DNA of 64,000 nt from Candidatus Kapaibacterium sp. Its GTDB lineage: Bacteria; Bacteroidota; Ignavibacteria; Kapaibacteriales; UBA2268. The notes beneath the pieces were generated by a model, which saw only the letters and a list, made by a program, of their open reading frames with translations, was not told where the DNA came from and made no database searches. The translations under genes and the position numbers were made by a program. The DNA lies in NCBI GenBank assembly GCA_963664875.1, contig OY761611.1, positions 2,080,001-2,144,000 of the forward strand. The letters run 5' to 3'. Shown here one piece after another: positions 1 to 10,410 of this stretch. The number at the start of each line of letters is the position of its first letter. The first letter of the stretch is position 1.

Positions 1-166
1 GCAAAGAGCTTTGAGGCTCAAATACAACATTCATAATTTTAAATCTTATTTGCCAATCTAAAGCACAATGACTATGTCTATGTCTATGTCCACTTCAAAT
101 AAATAATACTATCAAATAGCATATACTTTTTTAGTATTTTTTTACATATTTCTAACTAACAGGACA

Positions 167-634
167 TCACTTTATATGGAGTGAATCATCACCTATTGGT
201 AGCTCTATAAATATATAGATACTATCTTGAACCGTTTCAAAGTAGAAATTACTGTTTTCAGGAAAAAACTGTTGTAATTTGATTTTGTCAGACTCTGGAC
301 TTACATAGTTAAATGCCCCTCCGTAATTAAAGTGTAGCTCCTCAATAGATGAGTTAATACTGAAAGAAATATTCGTATCCAATAAACATCTTTCGTCAAG
401 ATAACCTGGAATATCATCATTTAGATTTACTACACCTTTATTTACAATGATTTCCGCTATACTAAAATATTTTTTCTTCTTTTTTACAACAAAGAAGTAG
501 TCGTAACTAATCACACCAGGATTTACTTTCTGAGACAATTTCAATTGAATACCTCGAAAAATATATCTTTTCTCGGAGTTCATACTCGAACATGCCAGTA
601 ACATTGCAAATATAAAAAGATACAATCTATACAT
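167..634 (-). CDS. Putative immunity lipoprotein for the upstream Rhs metallopeptidase toxin
   Basis: Lipoprotein signal (LFIFAMLLAC); lies 18 bp downstream of the toxin stop; GGAG SD upstream. Confidence 0.65.
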   Translation of the reverse strand: MYRLYLFIFAMLLACSSMNSEKRYIFRGIQLKLSQKVNPGVISYDYFFVVKKKKKYFSIAEIIVNKGVVNLNDDIPGYLDERCLLDTNISFSINSSIEELHFNYGGAFNYVSPESDKIKLQQFFPENSNFYFETVQDSIYIFIELPIGDDSLHIK

Positions 635-652
635 TATAATCTCCTTAGTCTT

Positions 653-1648
653 CTAATATTCGTCAATTTCTCCGTTTTCAAAATTTGATGGTCGTGTACC
701 TACTTCATCTAATGTTGATTGACCTTCAATAGTTTGTGCATTCCGATAATAATTATCAAAATCTTCCCCTTCATAATTATAAAATATTATTGGTTTTCCA
801 ATTCTAATTTCCATAGGATATTTAGTATTAGACCAATGATCATCCCAAGTAGTGCGATTAAAAATAGTTTTATACTTACCAATTCCGATGTGTCCTAACG
901 AAACTGCAATATCATTCAAATACCAATGTGTGTTTCCAGAAGTATTATCTGAAGTGATTCCAGCAATATTGCTATTCATATTAGAACGTGGATTACCCCA
1001 TGGATGAATCAAACCAAATGCATGTCCCATTTCATGCTGAATTATTGCAATAATTCCATCAACTCCAACTCCACTTACATCAGAAGGTTCTGAAACAAAA
1101 GTCTGATTGAAAGTATGAATACCTGCCATGGTTATAGGTAGTTCTTCTTCTTGATCATTGTCAGGATCTCTTACCACTGGAACTAGTTCAAAATTATCTC
1201 TACTCAAATAATTAAGTCGATTAGTAATTCCTTTAGGTTTTGTTGCTTGTTCTTCTTCAGAGACTTCCTCAATCATTACATCAAATTGTACATCATACTC
1301 TATTATTTCATCACCTGTATCAACAACATATTTAACACTTTGATCCCTAATATTCTCAGCAGCAGATTTTATATATCCCTTTTCAACATCTCCAAGATTT
1401 TTTGGGATAGTAAAAACAGCAGCCATAACTATAACTTTACTTTCATGATTTATATAAATCTCATAATCATCTCCACCTGGATCTTTATATATCACTGGAT
1501 TGTTTCCAAATGAATTATAAGGACTCTTAGTTGGATACTTTTTCTTTGCTGGATCCAAACTAAACCACCTCGCGATTCTTGCATCATAATTCCTGTTTGC
1601 AGTATTGTATGTATTCCCAACACCTGCAATCTCATCATCACGTTCCAT
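653..1648 (-). CDS. Orphan Rhs core + C-terminal zincin metallopeptidase toxin
   Basis: Rhs core end (MERDDEIAGVGN..YDARIARWFSLDP..SPY..GNNPVIYKDPGG) followed by HEMGHAFGLIH (HExxHxxGxxH); upstream core part (1678-1905) is separated by an insertion. Confidence 0.8.
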   Translation of the reverse strand: MERDDEIAGVGNTYNTANRNYDARIARWFSLDPAKKKYPTKSPYNSFGNNPVIYKDPGGDDYEIYINHESKVIVMAAVFTIPKNLGDVEKGYIKSAAENIRDQSVKYVVDTGDEIIEYDVQFDVMIEEVSEEEQATKPKGITNRLNYLSRDNFELVPVVRDPDNDQEEELPITMAGIHTFNQTFVSEPSDVSGVGVDGIIAIIQHEMGHAFGLIHPWGNPRSNMNSNIAGITSDNTSGNTHWYLNDIAVSLGHIGIGKYKTIFNRTTWDDHWSNTKYPMEIRIGKPIIFYNYEGEDFDNYYRNAQTIEGQSTLDEVGTRPSNFENGEIDEY

Positions 1649-1654
1649 GCCATT

Positions 1655-1689
1655 ACACTTCGACTCGCTTTGCTCGCTCAGTGACCTTT
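1655..1689. repeat. 35-bp REP-like insertion in the Rhs core (copy 1; identical copy at 8881-8915)
   Basis: acacttcgactcgctttgctcgctcagtgaccttt replaces gaatcc seen in uninterrupted cores (e.g. 3316-3321). Confidence 0.85.
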
Positions 1690-1979
1690 GAAGCGTGCGA
1701 ATGTGCTGCCATCCTGATAGTAGTTTTCCGGCACTAACATACCAAAGGGATAGTAGTCACTTTTTGAAAGAACTTTTAAGCGTGGCAGACTATAGTTTTC
1801 TCTATATTTATAATCTGCAAAAGTTAGACGCACATTGCCAAGGTGGTCAGTTAATTCGTATTGTTTATGACCGATTTGGCGTAATGTATTATGTACTCTT
1901 TTCACCTTCGGCTAAGCTTTTTTGAAAATTATCTTTCAAAGAGCTATAGCTGCTTAATTTAATTATTTACTAAATCTAA

Positions 1980-2441
1980 TTACCAATGATACCCAGGGGC
2001 ATGCGCCTTTATCATACCATACTTTATAGTCATAATTTCGATCTTAGTAGATGAAACATATACTAAATATCCTACTCTTTGGTGATTTACATAAAAATAT
2101 CTTGTAATAGGATCATATGTTTTATAGAACTTCTTTAGATTCATACTATCTCCAGCTGCAAACTGAAATTCTCTGCTGAGCTTTTCTTCTAACTCTGGCG
2201 TATAAGTAAGTGTATCATTGATGTAGATCAAATCGAAATCTAGATCATTATGAGTTTCTTGTATAATCCATCGTCCGTTCAACAATGTGTCTATATTAAC
2301 ATCATGATAATTCATAACTCGGTAGAAACAAATTCCGAATAAAAGTAATATAACATAAACAACCATTTTAACTTTACTTACTACTGGCATCTTCATTCTT
2401 TTTTTCTCCAGCTTGAAATTGAGGATTTTTTGCTTCACCAT
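1980..2441 (-). CDS. Putative membrane-anchored immunity protein (true start probably 2396)
   Basis: N-terminal TM/signal segment; overlaps the end of toxin 2374-3501. Confidence 0.6.
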   Translation of the reverse strand: MVKQKILNFKLEKKRMKMPVVSKVKMVVYVILLLFGICFYRVMNYHDVNIDTLLNGRWIIQETHNDLDFDLIYINDTLTYTPELEEKLSREFQFAAGDSMNLKKFYKTYDPITRYFYVNHQRVGYLVYVSSTKIEIMTIKYGMIKAHAPGYHW

Positions 2442-3501
2442 TTTTTGTAACCATCATCGGATATGGTACATAATTACCTAAGTAAGAGCTAACTTTTTCT
2501 AAAAATGAGCTATAAGAGCCTGTTTCAGGTCTAGATACCATATAAGTTGGAATATGAATACTAAACCCAGGCAACCCTAAACTCCACCACATAAAAGCAG
2601 GATCTTTGTCATAAAAATTGCTTAATGTAGAAGGATATGATGAAGCAGGCTGACCATATATCAATACATTATTAAAGTTTTCAAGCTTAGAAATTCTAGT
2701 TGTGAATCTCTCGTCAAAATCCATTTTTAAACAACTTGTATTGCAACCGTAAAACAATGCTCTATTATTTTCGGAATTCTTATCCCAGTTAAAATTGATA
2801 CTTCCCCATCCTTCCATGCTCATGTGCCAGTCATCAACTGGAAACTTAGAAGTCTCAAGAGCCCCCATTGGTCCATCTTTTTCTCCACTGTGAGACCAAA
2901 TCCCAAATTCTACTGTATTACCATACTTCTCTTTATAAAAATGCACGTTTATATTAACTTTGGGAATTAATTCTGCCAAATCTTCATACTCAATCAAAAC
3001 CACTTTATCTCTTTTGGGATCAAAATATTTGCTTTTTTCTATATCGCTTTTTCTAGTTATAGCAGCAGATTTGACCATTTCGTTCCCTCCTAAAGGTTCA
3101 TTCACAACATATGCCAAAATATATAAGCTATCACCATTTTTGTCTATACCATTTATAGGTGTATTGGCAGCAAATGCAAAAGGAGATAAGTTATGAAATT
3201 TATTCTTGAATCGATCCAATTTTGGAAACCTCGCTATCCGACTATCATACTGCCTTGCCCCGAAATTCAAGCTATTCCCAACACCTGCTATCTCATCGTC
3301 TCGTTCCATGCCATTGAATCCGAAACGAGCCAATGTGCTGCCATCCTGATAGTAGTTATCCGGCACTAACATCCCAAAGGGATAATAATCATTTCTTGAA
3401 AGAACTTTCAAACGTGGCAGACTATAGTTTTCTCTATATTTATAATCTGCAAAAGTTAAACGCACATTGCCAAGGTGGTCAGTTAGCTCGTATTGCTTCA
3501 A
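2374..3501 (-). CDS. Orphan Rhs core + C-terminal toxin with a possible His/Cys (caspase/CPD-like) dyad
   Basis: Intact Rhs core, then WSHSG..DGP and LFYGCNT motifs; the fold assignment is inference. Confidence 0.75.
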   Translation of the reverse strand: MKQYELTDHLGNVRLTFADYKYRENYSLPRLKVLSRNDYYPFGMLVPDNYYQDGSTLARFGFNGMERDDEIAGVGNSLNFGARQYDSRIARFPKLDRFKNKFHNLSPFAFAANTPINGIDKNGDSLYILAYVVNEPLGGNEMVKSAAITRKSDIEKSKYFDPKRDKVVLIEYEDLAELIPKVNINVHFYKEKYGNTVEFGIWSHSGEKDGPMGALETSKFPVDDWHMSMEGWGSINFNWDKNSENNRALFYGCNTSCLKMDFDERFTTRISKLENFNNVLIYGQPASSYPSTLSNFYDKDPAFMWWSLGLPGFSIHIPTYMVSRPETGSYSSFLEKVSSYLGNYVPYPMMVTKNGEAKNPQFQAGEKKNEDASSK

Positions 3502-3626
3502 CTATATGTGTAGAGCTATTTTTACCCTACACATATTTCATTCTGTTTTTGAAAATAAATTTTAAAAGAACTTGATTTGTTTATTAGATTGGTTATACTA
3601 AATATTATTAAATTATTCTAAACAAA

Positions 3627-4082
3627 TTAACTTTGAAAGTCATTACCAGTATACCTTTCACCTTTCAGATAAGTTCGTAATCTTTCTATTACATGAATAC
3701 TATCATATACTTCACAGCGTTCTAACCCCATACACTTTTCTCTTGTCGATTCACTAATATCCCCAGTATTAGCATTATATAATAAAAACCTACCTGGTGT
3801 TACTGTATCTTCAATAAATTGATCAGGAAGTATCTGTAATGATTCTCTAATTAATAATTTTCCTACTCTTGGCCATTCCCCTTTAGTAATTATATCTCTA
3901 TAAATAGCGATTATGAACAAAACTTCGCTTTTAGCAAGTACTGAAATGTTTTCAATTGGTGCTGTACTATGATATTCGAAAAATGCATAACATGCATTCC
4001 CAAGGAATTGTGTATAAAAAAAGTAATTATCTACCCTCAACTCATATATAGCACCAATTGTCTGTTTCTGCCTTTTCATCAA
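3627..4082 (-). CDS. Imm26-like immunity protein
   Basis: GAIYEL..YAFF..VLFIIAIY..WPRVGK..EKCMGLERCEVY..HVIERL pattern typical of Imm26; directly downstream of a toxin. Confidence 0.7.
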   Translation of the reverse strand: MMKRQKQTIGAIYELRVDNYFFYTQFLGNACYAFFEYHSTAPIENISVLAKSEVLFIIAIYRDIITKGEWPRVGKLLIRESLQILPDQFIEDTVTPGRFLLYNANTGDISESTREKCMGLERCEVYDSIHVIERLRTYLKGERYTGNDFQS

Positions 4083-4088
4083 ATTCTC

Positions 4089-5234
4089 CTATTTTTTTGT
4101 TTTGGTAGTTTTATTATATGCATCAATATATGCATCTTTTTTAGGATTTTTTGGACTAATACCATTTATAGCATTCCCTGAAGTTCCACCTGTTGACTGT
4201 GCACCACCATGCTTGTCAATTAAAATTTGCTCACGACCTCGAGCTTCCATATATTTATCAAACGAAGCATCAAGCTGTGCTTTTCCCCAGCCATCTTCAG
4301 TACGTTTATGATGAGTAGCATCTCGTCTAGCAACATTCTCCAAAGGAGTGCCTGTACCAGATGTCCTCCCAGAATAAACTTGACCTGTTTTAGAATTTGT
4401 TTTAGTATAAGTTTGATATGTCTTTTTTTTGTTAGTTTTGCTCTTTTCAGTTTTATTACTTACTTTTTCAGAAGTAGTACTTTCAACATTAGATTTTTTA
4501 CCTTTTTGAGATTGTTTTGCAACATCCTTTGTTTTATCGACTATTGCATCCTTGGTAGTTTCTTTCGTTGTTTCTTTAGCAGTCGTAGTGGTGACTTTTT
4601 TGGAAGTGGCTTCAACTGTTTTTTCTCCTACTTCTTCCAGTACTTCTTTACCAGTTTTTTCTAATGCTTCTTTACCAACATGTTCCACAACTTCTACTAC
4701 AACATGTTCTGTTACTTCCGCAGTAGCTCTATAAGTCAAACCTAAACATGTCCCACCAGGTGTAGCTAAACCAGCTAAATCCCAACCCAATGCACCTACA
4801 GAAATAGGGTTAACTTTTCCTGTAGTAAAATAATCGTATCCAATTTCACCAATATCATATATAATAAAACCAATATCTAGAACAAAATCTACTACAATGT
4901 CACCATCCAGCTCCTTTTTGTTAATAGGATTAAGCATTACATAACTATAACCAGAGTATTCAGGATATATTACAGTAGCTCCGTCTATTGATAACCATCT
5001 TGCGAGCCTTGGATCGTAGTTCCTTTCGGGATAATTTAAATTATTCCCCACACCTGCGATTTCATCATCACGCTCCATACCATTGAATCCGAAGCGAGCT
5101 AATGTGCTGCCATCCTGATAGTAGTTATCCGGCACTAACATCCCAAAGGGGTAGTAATCACTTTTTGAAAGAACTTTTATACGTGGCAGACTATAGTTTT
5201 CTCTATATTTATAATCTGCAAAAGTTAAACGCAC
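4089..5234 (-). CDS. Orphan Rhs core + pre-toxin region + URI/GIY-YIG-like nuclease toxin
   Basis: Rhs core; K/T/E-rich linker; YQTY..GQVYSGRTSG..R..H..RGREQILID..GG..N motif. Confidence 0.75.
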   Translation of the reverse strand: MRLTFADYKYRENYSLPRIKVLSKSDYYPFGMLVPDNYYQDGSTLARFGFNGMERDDEIAGVGNNLNYPERNYDPRLARWLSIDGATVIYPEYSGYSYVMLNPINKKELDGDIVVDFVLDIGFIIYDIGEIGYDYFTTGKVNPISVGALGWDLAGLATPGGTCLGLTYRATAEVTEHVVVEVVEHVGKEALEKTGKEVLEEVGEKTVEATSKKVTTTTAKETTKETTKDAIVDKTKDVAKQSQKGKKSNVESTTSEKVSNKTEKSKTNKKKTYQTYTKTNSKTGQVYSGRTSGTGTPLENVARRDATHHKRTEDGWGKAQLDASFDKYMEARGREQILIDKHGGAQSTGGTSGNAINGISPKNPKKDAYIDAYNKTTKTKK

Positions 5235-5320
5235 ATTGCCAAGGTGGTCAGTTAGCTCGTATTGTTTGTGACCGATTTGGCGAAAAACATCTCAAAACCT
5301 GCTCCATTCCCCTCTTGAGG

Positions 5321-6512
5321 CAGGGTTGATTCATTCTAACAAAGTCACCAATAGTTCTACATTGTCGGCAGTCTCATAGAAAAAGTTGGTACAATCAATA
5401 CGCTTCTTTGACCTAAAAATATTGATACAAATTGACTTTATTATACTCATGACTGAAGCTGCTTGTGTATTTCTCACTTTCCAAGCATCTTCTTTCATTA
5501 CCACATCCTTTACCCAATGTAGCTGGTTTTCAATGCCCCAATGTCCTCGTATGCTCTGCATATAATACTTTGCTGGTTTTTCTTGACTGCTCAAATAATA
5601 ATGTACATGAACTTCCTGCATTTGTTTTGTTTTTCTAATCCTTTGTACCTTTACTAATTGCTGTGATCCGGACCACTCGTTCTTAATTTTATCGTTTAAT
5701 GAATATACATATACTTTACGAGTTTCTCGTCTGTCTCTATTAGTTTCTTCGGTTTTATAATAATCGATCTTTGTTGACCAGCTCGAACTCAAACTCTCCA
5801 GTTCTTTGTACAAACGACCTTGATTCTTTTTTACGCAAATAATATAGTTGTTGTTAGTACTAACAATTGTTCTTAGAGTTTTTTTGACAGTGTAAAGCAT
5901 CCATTGTAAAGACTACGCCAGTCAGTTCTAAATCTCTAATCATTTCTTCAACTACGCTTATCTCGCTTGATTTTTTATTCTCATATTTGCTTATACTTAG
6001 TGACATTTTACTTGATTGAGAATGTGCAGAAACAATGCTTATAAAGTTCTGGTATTTCGAATTGTATTCTACTAATGTGCCTTTCAAAGCTTTGCCATCT
6101 ATACTGATTATTTCACCGCTTTGAGGCTTTGCATAAACTTTTGACCACTCTTTAAAAATCTGTGCAAATTCATCAAAATCTATATTATTTACCACTCTAA
6201 AAATTGTTGCGTAAGTTGGTAATCTATCTTTATGAGGCTTTAAATATTTCAGTATGTCTTCGGCATTCTTCTTTATAAATCTTTCTATGCCACGATAGCC
6301 ATATTGTCCGCTCATAGTCGCCATCAAAACCAGCAATAATACAAATGATTGATTATGGCGTGTGCCTTCCCTGCGACGCTTATCTGTCAACTTATCAAGA
6401 TAATTTACTAACGTTTGCTTTTCCATAAATCCCCCCAGATTAGAAAAGTTTGTGTTTGGCTTTCTATAATTTACTATATTATATGATATTTACAAAGAAC
6501 AAATCATCCCTG
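5321..6512 (-). mobile_element. ISAs1-family insertion sequence with 10-bp target-site duplication
   Basis: Terminal IRs cagggttgatt / aatcatccctg; TSD cctcttgagg at 5311-5320 and 6513-6522; empty site visible at 9150-9159. Confidence 0.93.
5331..6426 (-). CDS. ISAs1 transposase split over two frames (5860-6426 and 5331-5900)
   Basis: IDGKALKG, MDALHCQK, VKKNQ and RGHWGIENQLHWVKDV motifs; the frames join by a -1 shift at an A7 run (5879-5885). Confidence 0.88.
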
Positions 6513-6742
6513 CCTCTTGAGGGGTGCGTGAGCGAAGCGAGGGCGGGGTGGATAAAACCTAATATAAATCACTTCCCCCGAAAAAAATATCGCTAAATTT
6601 ATCTATATAAATTACATTTTCCTATATTGAAACAGTTGTGCTTCGAGAGATTCCACCCCGGCACTGCGTGCCACCCCTCAACGAGGGGAATTTTTCTTTT
6701 GCTGCCATCCTGATAATAGTTTTCCGGCACTAACATCCCAAA

Positions 6743-6754
6743 GGGACGCGTCCC
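6743..6754. repeat. Palindromic 14-bp micro-insertion gggacgcgtccc(aa) in the Rhs core (also 8973-8984 and 11394-11405)
   Basis: aagggacgcgtcccaagggat versus aagggat in intact cores; aaggga is duplicated; frameshifts the YPFG motif. Confidence 0.85.
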
Positions 6755-6980
6755 AAGGGATAGTAATCATTTTTTGAAAGAACTTTTATACGCGGCAGAC
6801 TATAGTTTTCTCTATATTTATAATCTGCAAAAGTTAGTCGCACATTGCCAAGGTGGTCAGTTAGCTCGTAATGTTTGTGACCGATTTGGTGTAATGCTTG
6901 CCGCCTTGTGCCTTTTGCTTTGGCTACTTGGGAAATTTTTAAAGAGCTTAGAAACTTTGAATCTTCCTAAATACTTTAGC

Positions 6981-7856
6981 CTATTTCTTGTTTTTCTTTT
7001 TCATTTCTTTCTTTGTTTTTGTCCATAAGTCAGAGCGGTATTGGAGATATTCTGTTGCAGTCATATTTTTTTTCTTTATTAAAGTTTGCTTGAAGTCATC
7101 AAGCCTATTTTCTAAATATAGTTTAGTCCAAAAATGTTTTTGTTTTTCCCAATTTTCACCGGGTTTATCTGCAAAATCAAATAACTTAATCTCTATTATC
7201 TCATGATTATTTATTTCAATTGGTCTTGCTCCATCTATTTTCAATAGCTCTTTACGTGGAATTATAGGATATATCTCATTCCCAAAATACATTACCGGTG
7301 CTGCTCTTAAAACAGCCACAAAAACAGCTTCTTTAAATTTACTCCATTTTAGCGGATTTCGATCATCCATTTCTTCATAATCACTAATACCCAATCTTTC
7401 TTCTTCATTATAGTAATATGAGGTAATCAATGAAACGTTTTTGTTCAAAACATTTCTTAATATATTATGATTGTCAAACAACATCTCATAACTATCAAAA
7501 TATCGGAATGATATGGTTAAACCTATCCTTGTTGAAACCATATCATTTATCAGTCCTAGAGTAATTCCAAAAGAAATAAAAGGTTGTAACTCCTTTTTTC
7601 TATCCTTTTTACATCTCAATGTTATAGAAGTATATCCAGTATCCATTTCAGATTTTGTATAACTTTCTAATGCTTTGGTTTTATCATATTTCATATCTTT
7701 GGGTAAATAAAACTCATGATAACCAAAGGACATTTTTTCAGGTTCAAAACCTGTTAAATTCAATACAGCCTCAAATATTTTTGAGTATTCAGTATGAAAG
7801 TTTTCTACATCTAATCTCAAATAAATCGCACATACATTCATCATGTTAAACCTCAT
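6981..7856 (-). CDS. Putative cytoplasmic immunity protein
   Basis: Overlaps the toxin stop; no signal peptide; family not recognised. Confidence 0.6.
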   Translation of the reverse strand: MRFNMMNVCAIYLRLDVENFHTEYSKIFEAVLNLTGFEPEKMSFGYHEFYLPKDMKYDKTKALESYTKSEMDTGYTSITLRCKKDRKKELQPFISFGITLGLINDMVSTRIGLTISFRYFDSYEMLFDNHNILRNVLNKNVSLITSYYYNEEERLGISDYEEMDDRNPLKWSKFKEAVFVAVLRAAPVMYFGNEIYPIIPRKELLKIDGARPIEINNHEIIEIKLFDFADKPGENWEKQKHFWTKLYLENRLDDFKQTLIKKKNMTATEYLQYRSDLWTKTKKEMKKKNKK

Positions 7857-8874
7857 CTATACTAACTTGAACTTTGTTATCTAAAGACTTGCCATGAGCA
7901 TCTAATTTTTTTCTTAAATCATTTAATTGCTCAGAAGTGTACTTGCCTTTCGGAACATAGATTTGTAATATTCTCTCACTTGAGCTATTTAACCCTCGTA
8001 ACCCTGATAAAGCAGTCATTTTTTTCTTAAATTGAGAAGGACTAATCTTTGTTGCTGCAGTACTAGTTACATCTACTACATTATCTATTGCAACATAAAT
8101 ATTACCTTGAAATAAGCCATATGTAGGATTGTTTTCCCTTAATTCTACATTTGCATTTTTATATCCTTTATACTTAGTTGCTAAAGCATATTTTTCTAAT
8201 TTTTTTCTATTTTGAATTCCACCTGAAAAAGCTCCTCTAGCAAGTTCTAAATCCGGGTCGCCATATTTCTTGCTCAACTTATTAAAATTATCTTCACCAA
8301 TCAAACTAACAAGTTTTGCTCGGGCTTTTTTGTTTGAAAGTAACTCAATAAATTTATCTGCAGTGAGCTCAGATACAAAACCAAGCATTAATGCACCGCC
8401 GACATCACTTGTTGAATAGGATTCCCCGTCTATAGTTTTCTTCACAAAAGTAGATGCAACATCTGCGGCTGCCTCTGCAAAAGCTTTTGCGTATTTGCCA
8501 CCCGGCACTGAAACAGCACCCCAGCATGCTGCCTTACCTACGTCCCACCAATCAATAGACTCAAAAGCTGCTCCAAATGAATTCACATTATCATCAAATA
8601 GATAATTTAAACCCATCTGCATAATCATTTCAGTACCGGCAGCAACACCCATTTGTGCTATAGTCTTTGCAATTATAGCGGCGATAACTGCTACATTGCC
8701 ATCTGCATCTCTTAGGAATATAGGATTGCTAGATGCAAATAGATAAGGGGAGATACTAGGAAATGTTGCTGAATACGGATCAATATCCCATCTTCTTCCG
8801 ATTCTTGAATCATAACCATGGCTACCGAATAAGTAATGATTCCCAATCCCAGCTATTTCATCCTCTCGCTCCAT
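7846..8874 (-). CDS. Orphan Rhs core + hydrophobic pre-toxin region + probable nuclease toxin (CdiA EC869-like C-terminus)
   Basis: Rhs core end DADG; C-terminal RILQIYVPKG..EQL..L...VQVSIDEV resembles CDI endonuclease domains (inference). Confidence 0.65.
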   Translation of the reverse strand: MEREDEIAGIGNHYLFGSHGYDSRIGRRWDIDPYSATFPSISPYLFASSNPIFLRDADGNVAVIAAIIAKTIAQMGVAAGTEMIMQMGLNYLFDDNVNSFGAAFESIDWWDVGKAACWGAVSVPGGKYAKAFAEAAADVASTFVKKTIDGESYSTSDVGGALMLGFVSELTADKFIELLSNKKARAKLVSLIGEDNFNKLSKKYGDPDLELARGAFSGGIQNRKKLEKYALATKYKGYKNANVELRENNPTYGLFQGNIYVAIDNVVDVTSTAATKISPSQFKKKMTALSGLRGLNSSSERILQIYVPKGKYTSEQLNDLRKKLDAHGKSLDNKVQVSIDEV

Positions 8875-9144
8875 GCCATTACACTTCGACTCGCTTTGCT
8901 CGCTCAGTGACCTTTGAAACGAGCTAATGAGCTGCCATCCTGATAATAGTTATCCGGCACTAACATACCAAAGGGACGCGTCCCAAGGGATAGTAGTCAC
9001 TTTTTGAAAGAACTTTTAAGCGTGGCAGACTATAGTTTTCTCTATATTTATAATCTGCAAAAGTTAGTCGCACATTGCCAAGGTGGTCAGTTATTTCGTA
9101 TTGTTTGTGACCAATTTGGCTAAAAACATCTCAAAACCTGCTCC

Positions 9145-9328
9145 ATTCCCCTCTTGAGGGGTGCGTGAGCGAAGCGAGGGCGGGGTGGATAAAACCTAAT
9201 ATAAATCACTTCCCCCGAAAAAAATATCGCTAAATTTATCTATATAAATTACATTTTCCTATATTGAAACAGTTGTGCTTCGAGAGATTCCACCCCGGCA
9301 CTGCGTGCCACCCCTCAACGAGGGGAAT
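9145..9328. repeat. 184-bp REP/MITE-like element with terminal inverted repeats (second copy 5306-5320 + 6523-6691, split by ISAs1)
   Basis: attcccctcttgaggggtg ... cacccctcaacgaggggaat; the two copies are essentially identical; related half-site at 13881-13928. Confidence 0.8.
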
Positions 9329-9618
9329 TTTTCTTTTCTGCCATCCTGATAGTAGTTATCCGGCACTAACATCCCAAAGGGGTAGTAATCATTTCTTGAA
9401 AGAACTTTTATACGTGGCAGACTATAGTTTTCTCTATATTTATAATCTGCAAAAGTTAGTCGTACATTGCCAAGGTGGTCAGTTAGCTCGTATTGTTTGT
9501 GACCGATTTGGCGTAATGCGTGCCGCCTTGTGCCTTTTGCTTTGGCTACTTGGGAAAATAAATTTTTGAAGAACCATGTGTTTATTTGCAAATAATATTA
9601 CTTTTAAATGGATTTTAT

Positions 9619-10410
9619 TTATCTTTTCTTTTTTGCTTCTAATCTCTCGTCCATGATTTGATTGCAATCATGCCCCCATGATTGGAGGGAATCTAATATT
9701 TCCATTTTTGTATACCAATTTGAGGATCCCTTGGGATATTTTTCATTTATCAAATATTTACAAATATCAATCTCATTCCCTTCCATATCTACTGCCCATA
9801 TAATGTCATAATTAGTTTTCGTATTAAAAAGTAAGAATTTTACTACATCTAGTTTACTTCTAAGTAATGCCCACCTTAATGCAGTCCATTTACTCTCACC
9901 AGAAAATTGTTTATTCACCTTCATGTAGTCAACTTTTGCTCCATTGTTTACTAAATATTTTGTTTTTGTCAATGAAACTACAACAGCTCCAAACAAAGGT
10001 GTTGTACATTGAGGATGATTAGAGACAATATTAATTGCAGCCCCATTATCCACTAATACTTTCAATATATCAAAACTACAACTAGGATATGTTGAATAAA
10101 ATAAAGGAGTCATCTTCTTATGATCAAAGACATTAGGATTTGCACCATTGTTTAGTAATGATACACATGAGCTTAAATCATTTCTAAAAGTAGACCAATG
10201 TAATAGTGTAAATCCAAAATTTGGCTCTTGAATATTTAAAAGTTGCCTATATTTATAAACATTGGAAGTATCTCCAGCCTCTAAATCTTTAGCGATACTA
10301 TATACTTCAGTATCTGCAAATATTTCAATATCCCATCCTCTTAATTCTTTGTTGTCAGAGCAACCAATTATTACAATGTATAAAATTACCCAAATATACA
10401 TAGTTTTCAT
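9619..10410 (-). CDS. Ankyrin-repeat lipoprotein, immunity to the lipase toxin
   Basis: IVIIGC lipobox; TLLHWS, TPLFYS, TPLFGA and TALRWA ankyrin repeats; translationally coupled to the toxin. Confidence 0.85.
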   Translation of the reverse strand: MKTMYIWVILYIVIIGCSDNKELRGWDIEIFADTEVYSIAKDLEAGDTSNVYKYRQLLNIQEPNFGFTLLHWSTFRNDLSSCVSLLNNGANPNVFDHKKMTPLFYSTYPSCSFDILKVLVDNGAAINIVSNHPQCTTPLFGAVVVSLTKTKYLVNNGAKVDYMKVNKQFSGESKWTALRWALLRSKLDVVKFLLFNTKTNYDIIWAVDMEGNEIDICKYLINEKYPKGSSNWYTKMEILDSLQSWGHDCNQIMDERLEAKKKR

